Assembly: GCA_963796965.1 (NCBI GenBank) | Contig: CAWCNS010000011.1 | Location: 704,001 to 768,000 of the forward strand | From: Calditrichia bacterium | GTDB taxonomy: Bacteria > Calditrichota > Calditrichia > JAJRVZ01 | DNA: 64,000 nt | Reading direction: 5' to 3' | In this document: positions 46,808 to 56,919 of the stretch, one piece after another | Numbering within the stretch: position 1 is the stretch's first letter | Layout: every line of letters starts with the position of its first letter | Program-made: the position numbers and the translations under genes | Notes under the pieces: generated by a model | What the model was told of the DNA's origin: nothing | Databases searched by the model: none | What the model saw: only the letters and a program-made list of their open reading frames with translations

Positions 46808-47017
46808 ATTGAATTTATTCTGCTTCTCGCAGCGACACAGCGACGCAACGTCTTTTTAAGGATTAAAACAAAAAACTTCCCGCTTTGAGGATCGATATCC
46901 TAACGACATATCGGTGCTATATTATTCACGAATTAAAGAGACAAAAATTTTCTATCGTTATTAAATAATAAAGATCAGATCACAAATTTTATAAATTTAG
47001 AAAATTAGGAAAATCTT

Positions 47018-47713
47018 ATGCAAGACAAACATCTCATTATTACTGGTGGGACTGGCGGTTTGGGAACAAGTGTCGTTCAATTAGCACTAAAACTTGGTGC
47101 CAAAATCACCGTTCCCTACCATTCTTTGAATGGCGTAGAAGAGTTAAAAAAAAATCTAAAGAGCAATAAAATTGATGAGATTAACTTTGTCTTCGCAGAC
47201 CTGAGAGATGAAACCAAGGTAGTGGAGGTAATTACCTCGATGAAAAAATTGGATATTCTCATTCATCTTGTAGGGGGCTTTGCCATGGGACCAACAACTG
47301 ATTTCTCGATCGAGGAATGGAGAAGACAGATTGAGATGAACATGACAACCACTTTTCTGCTTTGCAAACATTCTTTACGTAGGATGGAAGAAAATGAATA
47401 TGGGCGGATTGTTACCGTCGCTTCACGCACAGCTCTGAATCCTCTAGCGGAGACGACTGCTTACAGCGCTGCCAAGGCGGGCGTACTTAATTTTACCCGA
47501 GCTGTTGCTGAGGAAATGAAAGGCACAGCAATAACCGCGAACTGCATTCTACCAAGTGTAATAGATACACCAGCTAATCGAAAAGCCATGGGTGAGAAAA
47601 ATGCTGATAAGTGGGTCAGGCCAGAATCTTTGGCCGAAGTAATCTGTTTTCTGGCCTCAGAAAAAGCAGCTGACCTGCGGGGTGCAGTCTATACCGGTTT
47701 ATGGTAATATTTA
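47018..47713 (+). CDS. SDR family oxidoreductase
   Basis: TGGTGGLG, YSAAK, LPSVIDTPANR; the family-typical IPVYG end lies in the next frame (stop 47713). Confidence 0.9.
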
Positions 47714-47767
47714 ATCTGATTAACAATTGGTAATTGCTAATATCAACTTATATGTTCTCCAAAGATA

Positions 47768-50545
47768 TCATTGGGGAAATGGTGTGTTTTTCCCAGCGAT
47801 CAGTTTTACTGGTCCAATCAAACCCGATGGCATCAGCGACCACTTTGAGGCATCAAACTTTTTATAATTGATGTTTACAAAATTTATCTCATGGAATTTC
47901 TTCCATACTACCTTCCTTTCATCAAGATCCTTTATGCGATTAGCCGATAAATTAGTCACCTCAATTTCTAACCTGTTTTCACCCATCTTCAGATATTTTC
48001 CAACAACAAGCCTAAATGGAAAACTCCACAATATGCCCACATTTTCTCCATTTATTTTTATTCGGGCACTTTCATATACAGTCCCCAAATCAAGCGTCCA
48101 TCCATCGGATGTCTGGTTGGGTAAGTTGAACGTGGTCGAATAGCGCGCCGTCCCGGCAAAGCGTTTGCACTCTTTATCGGGAAAATCAGTCCAGGAAACC
48201 AACAGATCGGTTTGATAAGGGGATGGCAATACCGGACCACCATCAACAAAATCAACCTGCCAGTTTGATCCTATCTGCGTCTCATAGTCACTTTCAAAGA
48301 AGTAATTCCAGGATCGTGCTTGTTGTTTCTTGTTAGTAGATGTTTTAAGGATCAACGATTCCCCGGGTTGCAGTTGCAGATACACTTCTGATTTTTCCTT
48401 AAGATTACGTACTCTTGCTTCTCCATATCCTCCGGAAATTGGTTCAAGAATCAATGCTGAAACGAAAGGTTGACTTAATGCTACCCAGTCATCAAGAGCC
48501 CGATCAGATAAATTCGCCAGAAAGTAGTAATATCCATCCTCATGTTTTCGCCGGATAAAGCCAACACCTTTTCTGGCAATAGGTTCTGCCTTCACTTTAG
48601 CAAATGGAAACAATTTCTCCTCATTCGTTCCCAGAATTAATCTGCCCTTACCCAGGTCAGCTGTGTACGTTTCGGTGTCGGTTTGTGTATCAAAATTTAA
48701 TCCACACATACTATTAGACAAGGCTTCCTGTCGATCAATATAATTTGAATAACCCGGAACACTCGTAGGTAATTTGTTGTCAAACAGAATGGTCGCCCCA
48801 CTCTCAGCCAGACCCAGCAATTTATCCCAGGTTTTTTCAGGCATATAGTGACATTCAGGTATCAGGATCGTTTGATAACTTCCACCCTCTAATGTAATCT
48901 TACCATTTTTATAAATTGCGCCTTGTAAGAGATTATCGGAGATATAATCAAAAGTATAGCCATTAGATTTAAGATAATGGGCTAATTCTCCACACCGTTG
49001 TTCCGTAAGCCATTTATTATCATGAACAGTAAGTTTCTGTTCCATTCCCTCTGGATCATGCCAGATATCAAATATCGGCCAATAAAGCAATATATCATTG
49101 GCGGGCTCTCCCGACTGGAGCACAGATTGCACACGTTGGACATAGGTATTTAAAGCAGGTAAATCACGCCAGATGGCATTCTCTTTTTCAAAATGAGTGG
49201 AGGCATAGAAAAGCCATCCCGGCCATTCCGCCTCAGCGGGTGTATAGGCATTGCCATGATAAAAAATGTGATTAATTCCGGCCAGAAAAAGTTGATCTAT
49301 TTCCGGCTTTGCTTGAGACAACGCTGATTTATAATGATCTCGCAGCCATGTGCAGGTTTCAGATGCCACTAACTTTTTCCCGGACACATGGGCGGCAGAG
49401 GACGAAAATTGAAGCACCAACAGATTAGGTGCGTCTTTGGCAATATTTTCCGGCAATCGTCTTAGTCCCGGGATTGCAAATTGTGTTGATCCAAAAGTCT
49501 CAGTTTCAGGAATATCGGCAGTTGCATAAAGATCCAACAAATTTCCTGGCGCGCCGTGGGCCTGATCGCGGGTGGATGAACCAATCTTATGGGACCAATC
49601 TACCCAATTCTTAATATATTTCTGATGTAACTCTGCTAATGTTTGCCGGTAATCGGCTTTTATACGGCTTGTTAATTCCGGCTCCCCATCCCCGAAGAGG
49701 AGAGGCAGATGTTCAGTCAGATCATACCCCCTCCGCGTGCTAAATTCTGATAAGAAATCATCGGTCCAGTTAGCATGATAGTACTCAAAAGAATCATGGT
49801 ATTGTGCGCGTGGGGCAGGCCCGTTGTATTTCTCAAAGGCTTCGTCAAATCGCTGTAAATAGAAATCCAATGATTTCACAGAGAATGGGTCTATTACCAA
49901 TCCTTGATTACCCGGTGCCGCTCGCTTGACTTTTTGTCCGGTTCCACTTTGCCATAGGATATAAACTTTCCAGCTGCCTGCTGGCGCTTTCCAGATGAGT
50001 TCCTTCTCTGAATTAATAGTGTCAGAAAGATCGATAGTCTTGCCCTGCTTAGAAAACGCCTTAGCCAGCACCCAGCCTGAATCACTTAAACTTTCGACAA
50101 TCTGCTTTCCACCCTCTACCTGAATAACCTTACTTTCGATCTTTTTCGCAGCATAGGTCTCAGTAACATGTGATCCGCCAAAGGGCCAGCCAGTGCCGGT
50201 TGTCATATCTACCCACATACCCAACCTGTCTGCTTCCTGCACGGTGTGTTCAAGCATTTTCATCCAATCAGGATTCAAATAATTAATAAATTTATCTTCT
50301 TCTCCTTTTACCCCATAGATGGGTACTATCGTTACACCTCCAATTCCTGCAGCATCCAAATTCTCGAGATTGTAGGTGATGTTTTCCGCATCAACGGCAC
50401 TTCCCATCCACCACCAATAGACACCTGGCCTGTGTTCAATTTTTTCATCCGGCCAGACCTCGTCAGAGGAAAAATTCGAGAGTGAATCACAACCGGCTAA
50501 TATAACCAGGATTAATGAGGTTAGCATTAAATAGCCATGTTTCAT
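47768..50545 (-). CDS. Glycoside hydrolase family 106 (alpha-L-rhamnosidase-like) lipoprotein
   Basis: Lipobox LAGC, RPGVYWWWMGSAVD, GTGWPFGG, HDSFE, QAHG, PETE, C-terminal beta-sandwich ending SGLIGPV. Confidence 0.85.
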   Translation of the reverse strand: MKHGYLMLTSLILVILAGCDSLSNFSSDEVWPDEKIEHRPGVYWWWMGSAVDAENITYNLENLDAAGIGGVTIVPIYGVKGEEDKFINYLNPDWMKMLEHTVQEADRLGMWVDMTTGTGWPFGGSHVTETYAAKKIESKVIQVEGGKQIVESLSDSGWVLAKAFSKQGKTIDLSDTINSEKELIWKAPAGSWKVYILWQSGTGQKVKRAAPGNQGLVIDPFSVKSLDFYLQRFDEAFEKYNGPAPRAQYHDSFEYYHANWTDDFLSEFSTRRGYDLTEHLPLLFGDGEPELTSRIKADYRQTLAELHQKYIKNWVDWSHKIGSSTRDQAHGAPGNLLDLYATADIPETETFGSTQFAIPGLRRLPENIAKDAPNLLVLQFSSSAAHVSGKKLVASETCTWLRDHYKSALSQAKPEIDQLFLAGINHIFYHGNAYTPAEAEWPGWLFYASTHFEKENAIWRDLPALNTYVQRVQSVLQSGEPANDILLYWPIFDIWHDPEGMEQKLTVHDNKWLTEQRCGELAHYLKSNGYTFDYISDNLLQGAIYKNGKITLEGGSYQTILIPECHYMPEKTWDKLLGLAESGATILFDNKLPTSVPGYSNYIDRQEALSNSMCGLNFDTQTDTETYTADLGKGRLILGTNEEKLFPFAKVKAEPIARKGVGFIRRKHEDGYYYFLANLSDRALDDWVALSQPFVSALILEPISGGYGEARVRNLKEKSEVYLQLQPGESLILKTSTNKKQQARSWNYFFESDYETQIGSNWQVDFVDGGPVLPSPYQTDLLVSWTDFPDKECKRFAGTARYSTTFNLPNQTSDGWTLDLGTVYESARIKINGENVGILWSFPFRLVVGKYLKMGENRLEIEVTNLSANRIKDLDERKVVWKKFHEINFVNINYKKFDASKWSLMPSGLIGPVKLIAGKNTPFPQ

Positions 50546-50743
50546 TTTGTATCCCTTCTTGATATAATGTTAATCTCACACAGCGCCGCTGCGTCGCTGC
50601 ACGAAAAATTATATAATCATTTCATATTTTCTGAGAACATGCAGGAAAATCCCTCATGATAACAAAAGAATCTCTATTTGTTCTCTGCGCTACGCCTACC
50701 GGCGGGCAGGTCTCTACGAGAAAAATACAGAGGCGGTGCAAGC

Positions 50744-51871
50744 CTATTTATTAAGTTTACCTGATATCTGAGGGATGGCATCTTTATGTACCAGGTAGGC
50801 CAGAACTTTAAGACGGGAATAATCGGCATGATAGATAAAATAGCCTTTAAATTCACCCTCCCAGGCATCCCTCCAGGAATCTTTTACCAGAAACCAGTCT
50901 TCACCTTTAAAATTTGTATATCCCACAATATGCATTAAATGATCGTCAGTTGTTATCTTTTTATTAAAGCGATAGTCACGCGCCGCCTGGTCAATATAAT
51001 CTCCAGGAATATCATAGTCCGGAATATAACAGACATCCATGGAACCAAGTCTACCCGGTTCCCCTATATCACCATCAATCGCCAGCGAGTAACCCCTTGA
51101 TAAAGCGTCTTTCATTCCCAAATAGAAGAGATCCAATGGCACATTAAAATAGGTAGTCAATCCCAACCAATTGTCCGGCACATCGAGTTTAACAAATTTA
51201 TTAAAGGGAGCATATAAAAAAGAAGTAACTGCGAGATAATCATCCCAGGGCAAATTAACATATTGACGAGCGAAAGATAGCGGCGTGTATTGTTTGCCCT
51301 CATATTCGAATGTAGCAGGAGGGCGTCCCAAATACTTATCAAGAATTTTTGTCAGATTTTTAAGGATTTCCTCTTTCTGCCAAGTGTCTCGAGCAATAAT
51401 TTCATCTTTCAGATCTTCAATCTCAGATTCCAGGGCTTTATGATTGTATTTTCCTGAAAATGCTACCTGCCCTTGATAAGCCTCATCGGGCATGATACCA
51501 TAGGTCTGAATTATTTCCAATACAGTTGGAAATAAATCACCGGGACTGAATCTGGACTTACCCTTTGTTTCAACAAAATACTTTCCTTTTTCAAGAAAAG
51601 CATGATATACGGGAAACATAACCGCCAGTTTTATCGATTTTCCATTAATACGATACATTTCAGATTCAATTAATGAAAGTGTCGAGAAGCTCCAACAGGC
51701 GTTTGTTGTATCCTGATTCACCGGTGGTAAATGATAAATTGGATTAAAAAGCGCCAAAGATCCGGGTTTCTCATAGGGGATTTTATCAGCAGGGTCACCA
51801 GCCGCTAAATTTTTAAGAATTAAAACCGTTACTGTTGTAATTATAAGGACATATAAAGATCTTTGTGTCAT
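50744..51871 (-). CDS. Secreted C1 family cysteine peptidase (aminopeptidase C-like)
   Basis: NQDTTNACWSFS (Cys), VPDNW, TDDHLMHIVG (His), VKDSW; signal peptide. Confidence 0.88.
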   Translation of the reverse strand: MTQRSLYVLIITTVTVLILKNLAAGDPADKIPYEKPGSLALFNPIYHLPPVNQDTTNACWSFSTLSLIESEMYRINGKSIKLAVMFPVYHAFLEKGKYFVETKGKSRFSPGDLFPTVLEIIQTYGIMPDEAYQGQVAFSGKYNHKALESEIEDLKDEIIARDTWQKEEILKNLTKILDKYLGRPPATFEYEGKQYTPLSFARQYVNLPWDDYLAVTSFLYAPFNKFVKLDVPDNWLGLTTYFNVPLDLFYLGMKDALSRGYSLAIDGDIGEPGRLGSMDVCYIPDYDIPGDYIDQAARDYRFNKKITTDDHLMHIVGYTNFKGEDWFLVKDSWRDAWEGEFKGYFIYHADYSRLKVLAYLVHKDAIPQISGKLNK

Positions 51872-52298
51872 AATTTGAACCCAATTTTATCTTATTAGTA
51901 TAGAATTTATTTAATCTTCAGGATATAGACGATAAAATATACCTCCCGTGTTTCATAGATACAAGATCTGTAATTCCTAAATTTTTTATTTCCCAACACC
52001 TCTCGCAAGAACTTGGAAATCTCCGATCTTGCATCTTACCAATATAATTTTTAACCTTAAGTTCTAATTGCTTAAACATCTCAAAACAGTATCCACAGGC
52101 TACACGAATTTATAAGAACATTACCTATTTTTTTAGATTACCGTTTTGATGATTAGGAATATCAATACTAATAATCCCAAAAATTGGAATTTTAATTCGT
52201 GTTTGTAAAAACCTAACCCGCTTTCGGCGGATTACTATGCTTAATTTTCATTTCGTTCTAAACCTGTTAATACTTACTCAAAAGGTTTTCTCATACTC

Positions 52299-53078
52299 GT
52301 GATAGTCACCTATCTAATTATATTACTCACTGGCATGTCCGTGGGAATAGTATCCACAATTTTTGGCGTTGGCGGCGGTATTATTATGGTTCCCCTTTTA
52401 AGTTTGATTCTCCCTTTTAGCCATATTGAGGCCGTGGCAACCAGTTTGGCAACAATCGTATTTGTGGCAAGTTTCAATACCTATAATTTTTCCAAAAAGG
52501 GTGTTATTGTGTGGGCCATTGTTCCATGGATTGCCGTTGCATCATCATTCTTTGCTTTTCTCTCCGCCAGGCTTTCTACTTATTTACCAGAATTTGTATT
52601 GATCCTGGTATTTTTACTCTTTCTCTTCTATACGGCCATTCGAACATTCCTCATAAAAAAAGATGACGGTCAAGAATTATCCGGGGAGCATCCGAGATGG
52701 ATACCAATTGGAATCGGAACTGTCAGTGGTATGATTTCGGGTCTCACTGGAATTGGGGGAGGTGGAATTACCACACCAATGATGCTGGTAACAAAGTTAG
52801 TTAAAAATATACAAGCAGCTCCAACTTCTAATGCGATCATGATTTTCACTACTTTTTTTTCCAGTTTGGCCTTTGCAATTGCCCAAACAGATCTGTCGGA
52901 TGCCTTTATGCTGGGATATATTCATCTCGATACCGCATTTCTCCTATTTATAGGAAGTGCATCAGTATCCAGATTTGGCGTTTCACGTAATCATAGGGTA
53001 ACACTATTCTGGCGCAAGACAGTACTGGGACTTTTATTAATGTTTATCTGTATCCGATTGCTTTATCTACTGATTTGA
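52299..53078 (+). CDS. TSUP (TauE/SafE) family transporter
   Basis: FGVGGG.IMVP and TGIGGG.I..P duplicated motifs, A.ATSL, about 8 TM. Confidence 0.9.
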   Translation: MIVTYLIILLTGMSVGIVSTIFGVGGGIIMVPLLSLILPFSHIEAVATSLATIVFVASFNTYNFSKKGVIVWAIVPWIAVASSFFAFLSARLSTYLPEFVLILVFLLFLFYTAIRTFLIKKDDGQELSGEHPRWIPIGIGTVSGMISGLTGIGGGGITTPMMLVTKLVKNIQAAPTSNAIMIFTTFFSSLAFAIAQTDLSDAFMLGYIHLDTAFLLFIGSASVSRFGVSRNHRVTLFWRKTVLGLLLMFICIRLLYLLI

Positions 53079-53289
53079 TCTTCTTTTCCACATCGCGTAG
53101 AGACGCTCCCAATGGAATGCCTTGGTCAAATAATAATTCAAGGCCCCCAGGCAGTTGGAGAGATTAAAATCATCCTATGATTTAATTTATATGTTGTTTT
53201 AAATATTAAAAAAGTATGACATTCCAAAATATTGTTCATCAAAAATTATAGGGAATTCCCTGCGGCATTATCTGAGAAATTTATATAAC

Positions 53290-54267
53290 ATGAATCACAC
53301 CCATCATCTCTACCCTATGGATTGTATTGAAGGTGCAAAAAAACATCTTCAAGATAATTCTGTGGATTTGATAATCACCGATCCACCTTATGGCATTAAA
53401 GGGGATAAAATACATGTCCATTATAACCGGAAAGAAAAGAATGTTATCGATGGCTATGTTGAAGTGCCCCTTGAACAATATGCAGAATTCAGCCATAAGT
53501 GGATCAATGAAGCAGTACGCGTTCTGCGCCCAGGGGGTAGTCTCTACATCGTTTCCGGATATTCAAATCTGACAGATATTCTTATCACCCTGCGTGATAC
53601 AGAACTGGTTGCGGTAAATCATTTAATCTGGAAATATAATTTCGGCGTTTATACTTCTAAAAAATTTATATCTTCTCATTATCATATTCTCTATTACACG
53701 AAACCAGGCGGTTTGGTGACATTTAATAACCACTCCCGATTTGGGTCTGATGAGAAAGACGAACAAGGAGGTTCTTTAAATTACCGTGACCGCGAAGATG
53801 TTTGGCTTATTAATCGTGAATATAAACACGGAGAAATAAAAAATAAGAATGAACTGCCCATGGAATTAATCATTAAAATGATGCAATACAGTAGTAATGA
53901 GGGAGACCTTGTTGCTGATTTCTTTCTTGGAGGTTTTAGCACTGCAAAGGTAGCACTTGGCATGAACCGCTCGATGGTTGGATTTGAAATCAATTCTAAA
54001 GCTTTTAATCATCATATACAGGAATTTTCACTGATAAAACAAGGCTATCTTCTCGATTCACTTAGAAAAGGAAACGGTACTCTTCCCAAAAATCTAAGAA
54101 AAAGGTGGACAGAAAATGAAAAAAAAAGGTTACAAAAAAGATTTAATGTGCTGTACCAACAATTTCGAAATAAACGTCAGTCAATAAGAATTCTTGAACA
54201 AGAATTCGAGCGCGGATACTTTGCCATTTTAAGACAATTAGAAAAAACAGTCAGACCCAAAAAATAA
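53290..54267 (+). CDS. Site-specific DNA methyltransferase (N6-A/N4-C, beta-class order), orphan
   Basis: DLIITDPPY (motif IV) near the N-terminus, RVLRPGGS, IW, and DFFLGGFST (motif I) near the C-terminus. Confidence 0.9.
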   Translation: MNHTHHLYPMDCIEGAKKHLQDNSVDLIITDPPYGIKGDKIHVHYNRKEKNVIDGYVEVPLEQYAEFSHKWINEAVRVLRPGGSLYIVSGYSNLTDILITLRDTELVAVNHLIWKYNFGVYTSKKFISSHYHILYYTKPGGLVTFNNHSRFGSDEKDEQGGSLNYRDREDVWLINREYKHGEIKNKNELPMELIIKMMQYSSNEGDLVADFFLGGFSTAKVALGMNRSMVGFEINSKAFNHHIQEFSLIKQGYLLDSLRKGNGTLPKNLRKRWTENEKKRLQKRFNVLYQQFRNKRQSIRILEQEFERGYFAILRQLEKTVRPKK

Positions 54268-54488
54268 TTAAAGGAAATCAGTTTAACTCTGTTTCGAAAT
54301 CACGAATACCAAACACGCACTCCCTATAATTCAACAAAATATTTATTAAATTGTTAGAATATTTTTACTTAATAAATCGTTATCTAGGTCAAATCTATTT
54401 TGAGTATCCAGATTAGAAGGATTTACATCATAATAAAATAAAAGAGAACAAAGTTCTCACTTTAATTTTACCTAAAAAGGAGAAGATA

Positions 54489-55028
54489 ATGAAAGGATCA
54501 ATTAAGATTATTACGATGCTTGTATTGAGCATTTTTGCGGCGAACCTGGCCTATTCACATTGCCAGGTGCCATGTGGGATCTACGGTGATCAGTTGCGTA
54601 TAGAACTTTTAAAAGAGCATGTTACAACTATTGAAAAAGCAATGAATCAAATCAATGAGTTGTCCAGAAATCCTGGCGCCAACATGAACCAGCTGGTTCG
54701 ATGGGTAGAAAATAAAGATAAACATGCTGATGAATTTACAGAAATCATCACTTATTATTTTCTTGCTCAAAGAATTAAGATTAAGGATCCAGGAAATTCA
54801 AAAGAATTCCAGGATTATCAGAAAAAATTAACTTATCTTCACCAAATGATGGTGTTTTCAATGAAAGCAAAACAGACAACTGATCTTAAGAACACGAGTA
54901 AATTAAAACAATTGGTTGAGGAATTTGCAGGTATTTATTTCAGCCCGGAAGATTTAAAACATTTAAAATCACGTCAGCCTCATGGTCAATCTGGAAAATC
55001 CGGATCATCTGGATCATCTGGACGTTAA
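54489..55028 (+). CDS. sodN: Nickel superoxide dismutase precursor
   Basis: Signal peptide ending AYS, then Ni-hook HCQVPCGIY; NQLVRWV.NK..HA; YF.AQRIK; KAKQTTD. Confidence 0.93.
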   Translation: MKGSIKIITMLVLSIFAANLAYSHCQVPCGIYGDQLRIELLKEHVTTIEKAMNQINELSRNPGANMNQLVRWVENKDKHADEFTEIITYYFLAQRIKIKDPGNSKEFQDYQKKLTYLHQMMVFSMKAKQTTDLKNTSKLKQLVEEFAGIYFSPEDLKHLKSRQPHGQSGKSGSSGSSGR

Positions 55029-55087
55029 TCACTTATCTAATATCTTGAGGTTTTCGAGAAAGGCCATGACTTCTAAATATTTTTTTG

Positions 55088-55173
55088 TTCGTGGTCTTTG
55101 TGTCTACATCGTGGTACTTCGTGATATAACAACATCTCACGAAGTACCACAAAATTATCACGAGAATCACGAA
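55088..55173. repeat. Back-to-back periodic arms forming a long hairpin between convergent genes
   Basis: Perfect 14-bp stem GTGGTACTTCGTGA (55111-55124) / TCACGAAGTACCAC (55137-55150), extended by further degenerate units. Confidence 0.8.
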
Positions 55174-55245
55174 GCAATAATAATAATTGCAATCCTATAA
55201 ATCCTGTTATCCTAAAAAAATAGTGGAATGGTGTAGACGCAAATA

Positions 55246-56898
55246 TTATTTCAATAATAGCATTTGTTTAACATCAGAAAAATGTTCAGATAATAGGTGA
55301 TAGTAGTAAATTCCACTGGCTACTTTTTTTCCCTGAATATCCCTTCCATCCCATAGCACAACCCACTGACCTGCGTTTAAAAATTCTCGAATTAGCGTTG
55401 CGATTTTTCCACCTGCTATATTATAAATTGTGATGGTTACATTGGAAGGTTCCGTAAGTTCAAAGGGTATTGTGGTACCTGAATTGAAAGGATTTGGATA
55501 GTTCTGGCCAAGACTGTAAATCCTGGGCGCTTCTTGTACAATGATCCACTCATGATCAACTGCTGCTTTTTTGTCAGAAACTTCAACTTTTAAAGAGTGG
55601 ACTCCTTTGGAATATTTGGTTGATTCATAAGTAAAGATAGTATCCTTAACATCTGTTAACTGCTCGTCGAGACGCCATAAATAAATCAAACTATCACCTG
55701 ACAAATCATTTGCTGAGATATGGAAAGTTTGAACATCACCCGTATATATTGGAACCACCTCCTGATTAGGTATGATATTATAAATTTGTGGTCTGTGTTT
55801 ATCCCTTAGCAATTGCCAATATAAATCGTAAGCAGTTTGCAGATTTTCCACAAGGCTAAAAATACCCTCTCCAATACCAAGTCCAAATGCGACATGTAAC
55901 GTATCGCCAGGCTGCATATCCCAAGGACCTGCGGATTGGAGATACTGATAGTCATCTACAATCTGGGGAGCCAACATGAATTTTTCATCTGCCATTTTCC
56001 TATAATATTCAGATCCCCTGTTCGGCATTTCTTGTTGAGAATACCATTGGTGTCCTGATTGCTGATTCGCAGGTACTCCCCTTTTTGTCTGCGGGCTATT
56101 TAATATCCGGGAGCCAACATATCCCAAACTCTCTTTGGGAATATAATATCCTCCCATATCATTTTCAGGAGTGTTCAGATCATTACCATCATACATAAAT
56201 GATATGGATTCAGGAATTTGATTCACCCCCCGACTGAGCAAGTACCCTACACGATCGTCCGACCAGTATGGCATTCCAGCTACCAATCCCCCGGCTGCTG
56301 AAATATCAAAGTCCATTAGCAGACCTGCATAGATATCTTCCAATGGTTCCGATCCTTCATTGATGATCAGATATTCATAAATAAAGAAGTCATCCCGCCA
56401 AAAGTCAGTCCAGGCATATACACGGCAAACTGTGCGTATTCTTTCCAATTGTAAACCAGCAGAGTCATCCGTCATTGAATAGGATACCATGATATGAGAA
56501 GGGATGTCACTTGTATTATTTTGTACTTTAAAGTCTGTTGATGTTTTTCTATTGAATAAAACAGTCGTGGAATCAATACCAACAAAAAAAGTACCTGAAG
56601 ACAAATAATGATTATCCGGATATCCTCCCTCGATCCAACTCATCGAAGGATAGCGTAAATCATCACGACCGATACGGAATGAATGGGGATCATCATCCGT
56701 AGAAAAATTCTTTGTATTATTGGCCACAAAATTTTTCAAGCTACCAATATTTATAATAACAGAATCATAAGGTATCGCGTGAAATGAACTTTTGGAGGAT
56801 TGGGAAAATTTGCCTGGCATTTGCTGGGCATTCAACAATGAAGCAGAGAGTAAGAGGAGAACGATTATGATATTTTTCATCACCACGGTTTTTCGCAT
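55246..56898 (-). CDS. Secreted protein with C-terminal FlgD-Ig / T9SS type-A-like sorting domain
   Basis: Signal peptide; LGQNYPNPFN..T.I.F...IYN..G..I.TL...WDGRD..G..VASGIYYY.L......KQMLLLK. Confidence 0.82.
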   Translation of the reverse strand: MRKTVVMKNIIIVLLLLSASLLNAQQMPGKFSQSSKSSFHAIPYDSVIINIGSLKNFVANNTKNFSTDDDPHSFRIGRDDLRYPSMSWIEGGYPDNHYLSSGTFFVGIDSTTVLFNRKTSTDFKVQNNTSDIPSHIMVSYSMTDDSAGLQLERIRTVCRVYAWTDFWRDDFFIYEYLIINEGSEPLEDIYAGLLMDFDISAAGGLVAGMPYWSDDRVGYLLSRGVNQIPESISFMYDGNDLNTPENDMGGYYIPKESLGYVGSRILNSPQTKRGVPANQQSGHQWYSQQEMPNRGSEYYRKMADEKFMLAPQIVDDYQYLQSAGPWDMQPGDTLHVAFGLGIGEGIFSLVENLQTAYDLYWQLLRDKHRPQIYNIIPNQEVVPIYTGDVQTFHISANDLSGDSLIYLWRLDEQLTDVKDTIFTYESTKYSKGVHSLKVEVSDKKAAVDHEWIIVQEAPRIYSLGQNYPNPFNSGTTIPFELTEPSNVTITIYNIAGGKIATLIREFLNAGQWVVLWDGRDIQGKKVASGIYYYHLLSEHFSDVKQMLLLK

Positions 56899-56919
56899 AT
56901 TTTTTATTTGTATACTCCT

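Noticed and set aside
52979..52995. GTTTCACGT as a parS site
   Set aside because: Only a half-site inside a CDS; the second arm does not match the 16-bp palindrome.
53290..54267. Complete restriction-modification or defence island
   Set aside because: No endonuclease, specificity subunit or other defence gene is adjacent.
54982..55200. 72-aa ORF with DHLDHLD as a nickel chaperone for SodN
   Set aside because: It is the alternative frame of a 9-nt repeat and runs through the 55088-55173 hairpin; no clear RBS.
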